Below, one piece after another: positions 26,233 to 38,808 of a stretch of 64,000 nt of DNA. The position numbers and the translations under genes were made by a program. Source of the DNA: Yuukianura sp. NJ FZ-2021 (taxonomy: Eukaryota). The DNA is taken from the NCBI GenBank assembly GCA_046563655.1, contig CM102285.1, positions 5,456,001 to 5,520,000 on the forward strand. Reading direction: 5' to 3'. The notes under the pieces were generated by a model. That model was not told the DNA's origin and ran no database searches. It worked only from the letters and a program-made list of their open reading frames with translations. The stretch's first letter is position 1. Each line of letters starts with the position of its first letter.

Positions 26233-28128
26233 CACAATTTAGCTCCGAAAAAAGTTTCTACGTGGATTGTTTCTCTGTTGCTTTTGGAATTTTTAATGTT
26301 AACTGATGTTATGCAGTGCATAGTGCATTTCGAAGCAAACAGAAACTGTTCCAAGTATCTAGGTGCTATTGATAGAATAAATTATCGACGGTGAATGACT
26401 ACAGTTCACAACTCCTGACCATGAAAATAAGTTATCCAATCGTTGTTGGTTCCATGTTTTTATACAACAGAAGCGTAGCTTAAAAATAATAATATTAAAG
26501 CTGACCTTTGAACTGGATTGCTTTTCTTACATTGCAAGCGTCACCTCCTAAAAAGAAGTATACGTAAATAATTTTGTTTTTCGTAAATAGTTAAATCGTG
26601 TTTTGTTTCTTATTTTATCGCAATGTCAAAAAACTAAAGTCAAGCGAAAAATATACAAAAGTTAAAAAAAATAAAATAAAACATCAAGTGATACCTATTA
26701 AATATTCCTGTAATTCAACCATAAATCCACACAGTGAAGCCTGTTTAAAGTGGAGGAACGACTGGAAGCGGAGGTACAGATCGGTTAGGTTAGGTCCTGG
26801 TTAGGTCCGTCCAGAGTAAGTTACAGTAATCCGCAGAGGGACAAACAAATTTAGAACATTTTTCTACTGTAAATTTTTGTATTTTGATATTTGAGAAAAA
26901 AAAATCATAGGTGAAAACTTTTAATTTTAAAAACCGTTTGTTGTTATTGACAGACAATATCCGCAAGATAGATAGGTATTCCGTAAGGACGGGTGTGGTT
27001 GATCATTATCATGTACGTGCGGATTTTGGGGAACTTGAGGTTGAGGTTACAGTTTAGTAAGAGCAATACATCGTCCGTGGATATAGCCATGACCTCAGAG
27101 GTCACGGAAGTTTCGGGTAGCCCAACAGATGCCATGAGCAATCAAGCCAAGGTTCATGAACAAGAAAATAGTTTAATCTTTCACAGATTATACAATAGAT
27201 CGTTTTTTTTTGCCCCAAAATTCCAAAACCGAAAGACAACCATAGCAACCCTTCGTTTTCTAGGGACTTTTCGAAAACGATGTTTTTAAACTATTTTCAG
27301 TGTACGGTTTTGTGCAACCTTTTAAACTTTTATTTTTGCATAAAAATAGAGCGATGGACGACTCTGGGTGAAATTGTGGTAAATAAAATAGTTTGGGAAG
27401 ATATTTTCTGAAAACGGGACTTATTGCCTAACCTAAGTAGAGGCTAACACAGTAGCAACTGAGGTTTGCGCCTCTTTTTTTTAGAACTTCGAGAAAGGGT
27501 GCTACTCCTAGTGCAATATTGTGCTATTGTTTTGGATAAGAAAATGCAGAAAAAAAAATGGTGCCAATGCAAGCTTGCAACTCTTAAACATCACGGTGCT
27601 GATACGAATTTTAAACGGCGTGTGATGGTTTCTCTGTAAAGTACGCGGTGACGGCACTCGTTGGTTGGGTGTAATAAAAATAATACGTTGGTATTTTGCC
27701 TTGGAATATGCTCAAAAGGAATCGCCTTGATAGGAATTTGAAACGGCGTGTAAAATACACTGCGACAGTACTCGGTGGTTGGCTGTAATATTGCGTTGGT
27801 ATTTTGGCTTAGAATATGCTGAAAAAGAAATCCTGCCAGTGCGAGGTTGCAACTTTTAAACTTCACGTATGGAATTATTATACAGTGTTGTTCAGGAAAA
27901 AGTAGACACCTCCAAATTGTTTCCATGGCATATTTTGTAAAATTTGCAATTTCTGGGGAGGATATTGACACCAACAAACGAATTACGTTTAAACGAAGTT
28001 ATATTACGCAGGGTATTTTCTTGAATTTGGTAATCATAGCCCCCCAGAATTTTGAAAATAAACAAACTTTTGAGTCTGTTGGTGTCTAATTTTAACTGAA
28101 CAACGCGGTATTATTATTATATTATATA

Positions 28129-31100
28129 TGGAATTTATATAAATTTGACTTATACTACACAACGCGGATATTTATATATTTTTAGTTAATAATTGCGCTC
28201 AAATAAAATTCTTGTCAAGCATCAATTGACACATGACACGTAATGATTCAGAGTATATACGAACGTTTGTAGATTAAAAATCGCATTGCTAGTACCTAAG
28301 TTACTTGCGAGGAGTTGAACACTCAAACATAGGTTCTTTGGGTTCAGCCGAGTTTGAAGGCTGACAAGGGTTATACGAACCGTCACAAATTTTAACTGTA
28401 ACATTGCGTGGTCATTCATCGTAAATCGCACAGTGTTTACTGAAGTTTAACAATGTAAACAAACCTCCTTCACAACATACTGGAATTTATATATCAATTT
28501 GACTAATACTATACAACGTGGATATTTATATATTTTTAGTTAATAATTGCGCTCAAACATAATTCTTGTCAAGCATCATTTGATACATGACACGTAATAA
28601 TTCAGAGCATATACGAACGTTTGTAGATTTAAAATCGCATTGCTAGTACCTAAGTTACTTGCGAGGAGTTGAACACTCAAACATAGGTTCTTTGGGTTCA
28701 GCCGAGTTTGAAGTCTGACAAGGGCTATACGAGCCGTCGCAAATTTTAACTGTAACATTGCGTGGTCATTCATCGTAAATCGCACAGTGTTTACTGAAGT
28801 TTAACAATGTAAACAAACCTCCTTCACACCATACTGGAATTTATATATCAATTTGACTAATACTATACAACGTGAATATATATATATATATATTTTTAGT
28901 TAATAATTGCGCTCAAACATAATTCTTGTCAAGCATCATTTGATACATGACACGTAATAATTCAGAGCATATACGAACGTTTGTAGATTTAAAATAGCAT
29001 TGCTAGTACCTAAATTACTTGCGAGGAGTTGAACACTTAAACATAGGTTCTTTGGGTTCAGCCGAGTTTGAAGTCTGACAAGGGCTTTACGAGCTGTCGC
29101 AAATTTTAACTGTAACATTGCGTGGTCATTCATCGTAAATCGCACAGTGTTTACTGAAGTTTAACAATGTAAACAAACCTCCTTCACAACATACTGGAAT
29201 TTATATATCAATTTGACTAATACTATACAACGTGGATATATATATATATTTAGTTAATAATTGCGCTCAAACATAATTCTTGTCAAGCATCATTTGATAC
29301 ATGACACGTAATAATTCAGAGCATATACGAACGTTTGTAGATTTAAAATCGCATTGCCAGTACCTAAGTTACTTGCGAGGAGTTGAACACTCAAACATAG
29401 GTTCTTTGGGTTCAGCCGAGTTTGAAGTCTGACAAGGGCTATACGAGCCGTCGCAAATTTTAACTGTAACATTGCGTGGTCATTCATCGTAAATCGCACA
29501 GTGTTTACTGAAGTTGAACAATGTAAACAAACCTCCTTCACAACATACTGGAATTTATATATCAATTTGACTAATACTATACAACGTGGATATTTATATA
29601 TTTTTAGTTAATAATTGCGCTCAAACATAATTCTTGTCAAGCATCATTTGATACATGACACGTAATAATTTAGAGCATATACGAACGTTTGTAGATTTAA
29701 AATCGCATTGCTAGTACCTAAGTTACTTGCGAGGAGTTGAACACTCAAACATAGGTTCTTTGGGTTCAGCCGAGTTTGAAGTCTGACAAGGGCTTTACGA
29801 GCTGTCGCAAATTTTAACTGTAACATTGCGTGGTCATTCATCGTAAATCGCACAGTGTTTACTGAAGTTTAACAATGTAAACAAACCTCCTTCACAACAT
29901 ACTGGAATTTATATATCAATTTGACTAATACTATACAACGTGGATATATATATATTTTTAGTTAATAATTGCGCTCAAACATAATTTTTGTCAAGCATCA
30001 TTTGATACATGACACGTAATAATTCAGAGCATATACGAACGTTTGTAAATTTAAAATCGCATTGCTAGTACCTAAATTACTTGCGAGGAGTTGAACACTC
30101 AAACATAGGTTCTTTGGGTTCAGCCGAGTTTGAAGTCTGACAAGGGCTTTACGAGCTGTCGCAAATTTTAACTGTAACATTGCGTGGTCATTCATCGTAA
30201 ATCGCACAGTGTTTACTGAAGTTTAACAATGTAAACAAACCTCCTTCACAACATACTGGAATTTATATATCAATTTGACTAATACTATACAACGTGGATA
30301 TATATATATATTTAGTTAATAATTGCGCTCAAACATAATTCTTGTCAAGCATCATTTGATACATGACACGTAATAATTCAGAGCATATACGAACGTTTGT
30401 AGATTTAAAATCGCATTGCCAGTACCTAAGTTACTTGCGAGGAGTTGAACACTCAAACATAGGTTCTTTGGGTTCAGCCGAGTTTGAAGTCTGACAAGGG
30501 CTATACGAGCCGTCGCAAATTTTAACTGTAACATTGCGTGGTCATTCATCGTAAATCGCACAGTGTTTACTGAAGTTGAACAATGTAAACAAACCTCCTT
30601 CACAACATACTGGAATTTATATATCAATTTGACTAATACTATACAACGTGGATATTTATATATTTTTAGTTAATAATTGCGCTCAAACATAATTCTTGTC
30701 AAGCATCATTTGATACATGACACGTAATAATTTAGAGCATATACGAACGTTTGTAGATTTAAAATCGCATTGCTAGTACCTAAGTTACTTGCGAGGAGTT
30801 GAACACTCAAACATAGGTTCTTTGGGTTCAGCCGAGTTTGAAGTCTGACAAGGGCTTTACGAGCTGTCGCAAATTTTAACTGTAACATTGCGTGGTCATT
30901 CATCGTAAATCGCACAGTGTTTACTGAAGTTTAACAATGTAAACAAACCTCCTTCACAACATACTGGAATTTATATATCAATTTGACTAATACTATACAA
31001 CGTGGATATATATATATTTTTAGTTAATAATTGCGCTCAAACATAATTTTTGTCAAGCATCATTTGATACATGACACGTAATAATTCAGAGCATATACGA

Positions 31101-34100
31101 ACGTTTGTAAATTTAAAATCGCATTGCTAGTACCTAAATTACTTGCGAGGAGTTGAACACTCAAACATAGGTTCTTTGGGTTCAGCCGAGTTTGAAGTCT
31201 GACAAGGGCTTTACGAGCTGTCGCAAATTTTAACTGTAACATTGCGTGGTCATTCATCGTAAATCGCACAGTGTTTACTGAAGTTTAACAATGTAAACAA
31301 ACCTCCTTCACAACATACTGGAATTTATATATCAATTTGACTAATACTATACAACGTGGATATATATATATATTTAGTTAATAATTGCGCTCAAACATAA
31401 TTCTTGTCAAGCATCATTTGATACATGACACGTAATAATTCAGAGCATATACGAACGTTTGTAGATTTAAAATCGCATTGCCAGTACCTAAGTTACTTGC
31501 GAGGAGTTGAACACTCAAACATAGGTTCTTTGGGTTCAGCCGAGTTTGAAGTCTGACAAGGGCTATACGAGCCGTCGCAAATTTTAACTGTAACATTGCG
31601 TGGTCATTCATCGTAAATCGCACAGTGTTTACTGAAGTTGAACAATGTAAACAAACCTCCTTCACAACATACTGGAATTTATATATCAATTTGACTAATA
31701 CTATACAACGTGGATATTTATATATTTTTAGTTAATAATTGCGCTCAAACATAATTCTTGTCAAGCATCATTTGATACATGACACGTAATAATTTAGAGC
31801 ATATACGAACGTTTGTAGATTTAAAATCGCATTGCTAGTACCTAAGTTACTTGCGAGGAGTTGAACACTCAAACATAGGTTCTTTGGGTTCAGCCGAGTT
31901 TGAAGTCTGACAAGGGCTTTACGAGCTGTCGCAAATTTTAACTGTAACATTGCGTGGTCATTCATCGTAAATCGCACAGTGTTTACTGAAGTTTAACAAT
32001 GTAAACAAACCTCCTTCACAACATACTGGAATTTATATATCAATTTGACTAATACTATACAACGTGGATATATATATATTTTTAGTTAATAATTGCGCTC
32101 AAACATAATTTTTGTCAAGCATCATTTGATACATGACACGTAATAATTCAGAGCATATACGAACGTTTGTAAATTTAAAATCGCATTGCTAGTACCTAAA
32201 TTACTTGCGAGGAGTTGAACACTCAAACATAGGTTCTTTGGGTTCAGCCGAGTTTGAAGTCTGACAAGGGCTTTACGAGCTGTCGCAAATTTTAACTGTA
32301 ACATTGCGTGGTCGTTCATCGTAAATCGCACAGTGTTTACTGAAGTTTAACAATGTAAACAAACCTCCTTCACAACATACTGGAATTTATATATCAATTT
32401 GACTAATACTATACAACGTGGATATATATATATTTTTAGTTAATAATTGCGCTCAAACATAATTTTTGTCAAGCATCATTTGATACATGACACGTAATAA
32501 TTCAGAGCATATACGAACGTTTGTAAATTTAAAATCGAATTGCTAGTACCTAAATTACTTGCGAGGAGTTGAACACTCAAACATAGGTTCTTTGGGTTCA
32601 GCCGAGTTTGAAGTCTGACAAGGGCTTTACGAGCTGTCGCAAATTTTAACTGTAACATTGCGTGGTCATTCATCGTAAATCGCACAGTGTTTACTGAAGT
32701 TTAACAATGTAAACAAACCTCCTTCACAACATACTGGAATTTATATATCAATTTGACTAATACTATACAACGTGGATATATATATATTTTTAGTTAATAA
32801 TTGCGCTCAAACATAATTCTTGTCAAGCATCATTTGATACATGACACGTAATAATTCAGAGCATATACGAACGTTTGTAGATTTAAAATCGCATTGCTAG
32901 TACCTAAGTTACTTGCGAGGAGTTGAACACTCAAACATAGGTTCTTTGGGTTCAGCCGAGTTTGAAGTCTGACAAGGGCTTTACGAGCTGTCGCAAATTT
33001 TAACTGTAACATTGCGTGGTCATTCATCGTAAATCGCACAGTGTTTACTGAAGTTTAACAATGTAAACAAACCTCCTTCACAACATACTGGAATTTATAT
33101 ATCAATTTGACTAATACTATACAACGTGGATATATATATATTTTTAGTTAATAATTGCGCTCAAACATAATTTTTGTCAAGCATCATTTGATACATGACA
33201 CGTAATAATTCAGAGCATATACGAACGTTTGTAAATTTAAAATCGAATTGCTAGTACCTAAATTACTTGCGAGGAGTTGAACACTCAAACATAGGTTCTT
33301 TGGGTTCAGCCGAGTTTGAAGTCTGACAAGGGCTTTACGAGCTGTCGCAAATTTTAACTGTAACATTGCGTGGTCATTCATCGTAAATCGCACAGTGTTT
33401 ACTGAAGTTTAACAATGTAAACAAACCTCCTTCACAACATACTGGAATTTATATATCAATTTGACTAATACTATACAACGTGGATATATATATATTTTTA
33501 GTTAATAATTGCGCTCAAACATAATTCTTGTCAAGCATCATTTGATACATGACACGTAATAATTCAGAGCATATACGAACGTTTGTAGATTTAAAATCGC
33601 ATTGCTAGTACCTAAGTTACTTGCGAGGAGTTGAACACTCAAACATAGGTTCTTTGGGTTCAGCCGAGTTTGAAGTCTGACAAGGGCTTTACGAGCTGTC
33701 GCAAATTTTAACTGTAACATTGCGTGGTCATTCATCGTAAATCGCACAGTGTTTACTGAAGTTTAACAATGTAAACAAACCTCCTTCACAACATACTGGA
33801 ATTTATATATCAATTTGACTAATACTATACAACGTGGATATATATATATTTTTAGTTAATAATTGCGCTCAAACATAATTTTTGTCAAGCATCATTTGAT
33901 ACATGACACGTAATAATTCAGAGCATATACGAACGTTTGTAAATTTAAAATCGCATTGCTAGTACCTAAATTACTTGCGAGGAGTTGAACACTCAAACAT
34001 AGGTTCTTTGGGTTCAGCCGAGTTTGAAGTCTGACAAGGGCTTTACGAGCTGTCGCAAATTTTAACTGTAACATTGCGTGGTCATTCATCGTAAATCGCA

Positions 34101-37100
34101 CAGTGTTTACTGAAGTTTAACAATGTAAACAAACCTCCTTCACAACATACTGGAATTTATATATCAATTTGACTAATACTATACAACGTGGATATATATA
34201 TATATTTAGTTAATAATTGCGCTCAAACATAATTCTTGTCAAGCATCATTTGATACATGACACGTAATAATTCAGAGCATATACGAACGTTTGTAGATTT
34301 AAAATCGCATTGCCAGTACCTAAGTTACTTGCGAGGAGTTGAACACTCAAACATAGGTTCTTTGGGTTCAGCCGAGTTTGAAGTCTGACAAGGGCTATAC
34401 GAGCCGTCGCAAATTTTAACTGTAACATTGCGTGGTCATTCATCGTAAATCGCACAGTGTTTACTGAAGTTGAACAATGTAAACAAACCTCCTTCACAAC
34501 ATACTGGAATTTATATATCAATTTGACTAATACTATACAACGTGGATATTTATATATTTTTAGTTAATAATTGCGCTCAAACATAATTCTTGTCAAGCAT
34601 CATTTGATACATGACACGTAATAATTTAGAGCATATACGAACGTTTGTAGATTTAAAATCGCATTGCTAGTACCTAAGTTACTTGCGAGGAGTTGAACAC
34701 TCAAACATAGGTTCTTTGGGTTCAGCCGAGTTTGAAGTCTGACAAGGGCTTTACGAGCTGTCGCAAATTTTAACTGTAACATTGCGTGGTCATTCATCGT
34801 AAATCGCACAGTGTTTACTGAAGTTTAACAATGTAAACAAACCTCCTTCACAACATACTGGAATTTATATATCAATTTGACTAATACTATACAACGTGGA
34901 TATATATATATTTTTAGTTAATAATTGCGCTCAAACATAATTTTTGTCAAGCATCATTTGATACATGACACGTAATAATTCAGAGCATATACGAACGTTT
35001 GTAAATTTAAAATCGCATTGCTAGTACCTAAATTACTTGCGAGGAGTTGAACACTCAAACATAGGTTCTTTGGGTTCAGCCGAGTTTGAAGTCTGACAAG
35101 GGCTTTACGAGCTGTCGCAAATTTTAACTGTAACATTGCGTGGTCGTTCATCGTAAATCGCACAGTGTTTACTGAAGTTTAACAATGTAAACAAACCTCC
35201 TTCACAACATACTGGAATTTATATATCAATTTGACTAATACTATACAACGTGGATATATATATATTTTTAGTTAATAATTGCGCTCAAACATAATTTTTG
35301 TCAAGCATCATTTGATACATGACACGTAATAATTCAGAGCATATACGAACGTTTGTAAATTTAAAATCGAATTGCTAGTACCTAAATTACTTGCGAGGAG
35401 TTGAACACTCAAACATAGGTTCTTTGGGTTCAGCCGAGTTTGAAGTCTGACAAGGGCTTTACGAGCTGTCGCAAATTTTAACTGTAACATTGCGTGGTCA
35501 TTCATCGTAAATCGCACAGTGTTTACTGAAGTTTAACAATGTAAACAAACCTCCTTCACAACATACTGGAATTTATATATCAATTTGACTAATACTATAC
35601 AACGTGGATATATATATATTTTTAGTTAATAATTGCGCTCAAACATAATTCTTGTCAAGCATCATTTGATACATGACACGTAATAATTCAGAGCATATAC
35701 GAACGTTTGTAGATTTAAAATCGCATTGCTAGTACCTAAGTTACTTGCGAGGAGTTGAACACTCAAACATAGGTTCTTTGGGTTCAGCCGAGTTTGAAGT
35801 CTGACAAGGGCTTTACGAGCTGTCGCAAATTTTAACTGTAACATTGCGTGGTCATTCATCGTAAATCGCACAGTGTTTACTGAAGTTTAACAATGTAAAC
35901 AAACCTCCTTCACAACATACTGGAATTTATATATCAATTTGACTAATACTATACAACGTGGATATATATATATTTTTAGTTAATAATTGCGCTCAAACAT
36001 AATTTTTGTCAAGCATCATTTGATACATGACACGTAATAATTCAGAGCATATACGAACGTTTGTAAATTTAAAATCGCATTGCTAGTACCTAAATTACTT
36101 GCGAGGAGTTGAACACTCAAACATAGGTTCTTTGGGTTCAGCCGAGTTTGAAGTCTGACAAGGGCTTTACGAGCTGTCGGAAATTTTAACTGTAACATTG
36201 CGTGGTCATTCATCGTAAATCGCACAGTGTTTACTGAAGTTTAACAATGTAAACAAACCTCCTTCACAACATACTGGAATTTATATATCAATTTGACTAA
36301 TACTATACAACGTGGATATATATATATTTTTAGTTAATAATTGCGCTCAAACATAATTCTTGTCAAGCATCATTTGATACATGACACGTAATAATTCAGA
36401 GCATATACGAACGTTTGTAGATTTAAAATCGCATTGCCAGTACCTAAGTTACTTGCGAGGAGTTGAACACTCAAACATAGGTTCTTTGGGTTCAGCCGAG
36501 TTTGAAGTCTGACAAGGGCTATACGAGCCGTCGCAAATTTTAACTGTAACATTGCGTGGTCATTCATCGTAAATCGCACAGTGTTTACTGAAGTTTAACA
36601 ATGTAAACAAACCTCCTTCACACCATACTGGAATTTATATATCAATTTGACTAATACTATACAACGTGAATATATATATATATATATTTTTAGTTAATAA
36701 TTGCGCTCAAACATAATTCTTGTCAAGCATCATTTGATACATGACACGTAATAATTCAGAGCATATACGAACGTTTGTAGATTTAAAATAGCATTGCTAG
36801 TACCTAAATTACTTGCGAGGAGTTGAACACTTAAACATAGGTTCTTTGGGTTCAGCCGAGTTTGAAGTCTGACAAGGGCTTTACGAGCTGTCGCAAATTT
36901 TAACTGTAACATTGCGTGGTCATTCATCGTAAATCGCACAGTGTTTACTGAAGTTTAACAATGTAAACAAACCTCCTTCACAACATACTGGAATTTATAT
37001 ATCAATTTGACTAATACTATACAACGTGGATATATATATATTTTTAGTTAATAATTGCGCTCAAACATAATTTTTGTCAAGCATCATTTGATACATGACA

Positions 37101-37398
37101 CGTAATAATTCAGAGCATATACGAACGTTTGTAAATTTAAAATCGAATTGCTAGTACCTAAATTACTTGCGAGGAGTTGAACACTCAAACATAGGTTCTT
37201 TGGGTTCAGCCGAGTTTGAAGTCTGACAAGGGCTATACGAGCCGTCGCAAATTTTAACTGTAACATTGCGTGGTCAGTCATCGTAAATCGCACAGTGTTT
37301 ACTGAAGTTTAACAATGTAAACAAACCTCCTTCACATCATACTGGAATTTATATATCAATTTGACTAATACAATACAACGTGGATATTTATATATTTG
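28129..37398. repeat. Satellite array, 354-bp unit, ~26 copies
   Basis: The ORF track repeats every 354 bp (360 bp twice, from an AT-run expansion). Internal units are near-identical and the terminal units are more diverged. Confidence 0.98.
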
Positions 37399-37574
37399 GC
37401 CTTGGGCCCAGATAACACATACGTCGTAATATTATAATAATGTATCAGGGCTGAGAAGACCCTGAGTCAACCAGCTATTAGCTGATGCGCCATAAGGTGG
37501 CCTTGGCCCCAGATAAATGGTAATGCTTATAGGCTTATTGCGCCTTGGAGTGTGAGTGGTTTAACCCGCTTAAA

Positions 37575-38404
37575 CCGCTCACAATAACCCTCCGACTGCG
37601 ATGGTGCTAATGTTTCAGTGGAAAGGTTCTTAAAAAACGTGACAGACAGACAAAGTCGTATCAAATAGCAATAAAATTCTAAAACTAACAGCGTAGAAAT
37701 GGGCGGCCACTTTACGCACCCTCAGTATAGTCGTTTCCCGAAAACGTTTTGGTTTCGAAGGACTATTTTCGATTAATTAATTATTTTAGATTTTCGATTA
37801 ATATATTTAAACACCGAAGTATTGACCCGGTCATTTTCTGGCACTGTTTATTTACGTTGTTAATTAGTACTTAGTAGAGGGTAGAATACGGCTTAAATTC
37901 ATAACAGGTAAACAGTGCTTGGCAGGGTTCAAATTTGCATTCACAAGTATTCATTGGAATTTTGAATTTAAAGAAGCGACATTCGGCCCCTCCTCCTCCA
38001 CGTCCAATTTTGCGCAAACTGCACAAACCTCAATTTTGATGCCAATAGATTTAATCTATTTTCTCTACTGTATTGTCATGGCAACACTGACAGTACATTA
38101 TGTGCCAGTTGTTTACTCTTGCATATTTCTATCAAACACGCATATGGAAAGTTTCAGTGCATCTGTTTTGCGCAGAAACATTCAACACCAATTCAAGTGC
38201 AAACGGTTTTTTAAAATTTGTTGCTATGCGTACACAAAAAGGCCGCATTTTGATAGTCAAAATTAAGAGCGACGTTACGTTGCATGAATCTCGAGAGAAC
38301 GTTTTCTCGTTTTGACTGGCTTTGAAGCCGATCAGATACGTCTTTTAAGTTGTTTTGATTGTCTACTCCTCCAGAAGACCTATGCTCAACCCTTGAGTGT
38401 CGCG
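37575..38404 (+). mobile_element. Helentron-associated (HINE/DINE-like) family A copy with its 5' ~95 bp inverted
   Basis: The 3' end CTCCAGAAGAC plus hairpin ATGCTCAACCCTTGAG is the reverse complement of the ends at 56556 and 58791. The segment 37575-37668 matches the same family in the opposite orientation. Confidence 0.7.
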
Positions 38405-38409
38405 ATTCC

Positions 38410-38538
38410 CGGATCCTTATGAACGGACACTTATGGACGGACACTTATGGACAGGATACTTTTGGACGCAGCCACTTATGGACACGTACCTTTATGGACA
38501 TGTACCTTTATGGACACGTACTCTTATGGACGGATACT
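38410..38538. repeat. ~15-17 bp minisatellite (CTTATGGAC core), probably the subterminal array of a truncated foldback element
   Basis: About 8 copies of (C/T)TTATGGAC. No matching inverted arm found in the window. Confidence 0.65.
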
Positions 38539-38808
38539 AATAAACCTCAGAAAATGTTCACCAAATTACAATTTTTGAAGACTATAAAACTTATTTCGAA
38601 AAAAAACCCATACCTAACCGAAAAAGAAACCCTCGAGGCTTAATCCGTATTGCGAGCTCTAAAAAACCTAACCTATATAGTTTTAGTAGAGTACACCTTT
38701 TCTTTGGAATTTTAAAAATAATGTGCTGTGAAAAAATTAAGGAATTTAATCATACAAATTTTGTAATACGTATTACGTAATATGTAATTTTGAGACTTGG
38801 GAAACTAA

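Noticed and set aside
28222..37293. 26 near-identical 69-91 aa ORFs as a tandem gene family
   Set aside because: One per satellite unit, mostly GTG starts, no recognisable domain or splice structure. They are a by-product of the repeat.
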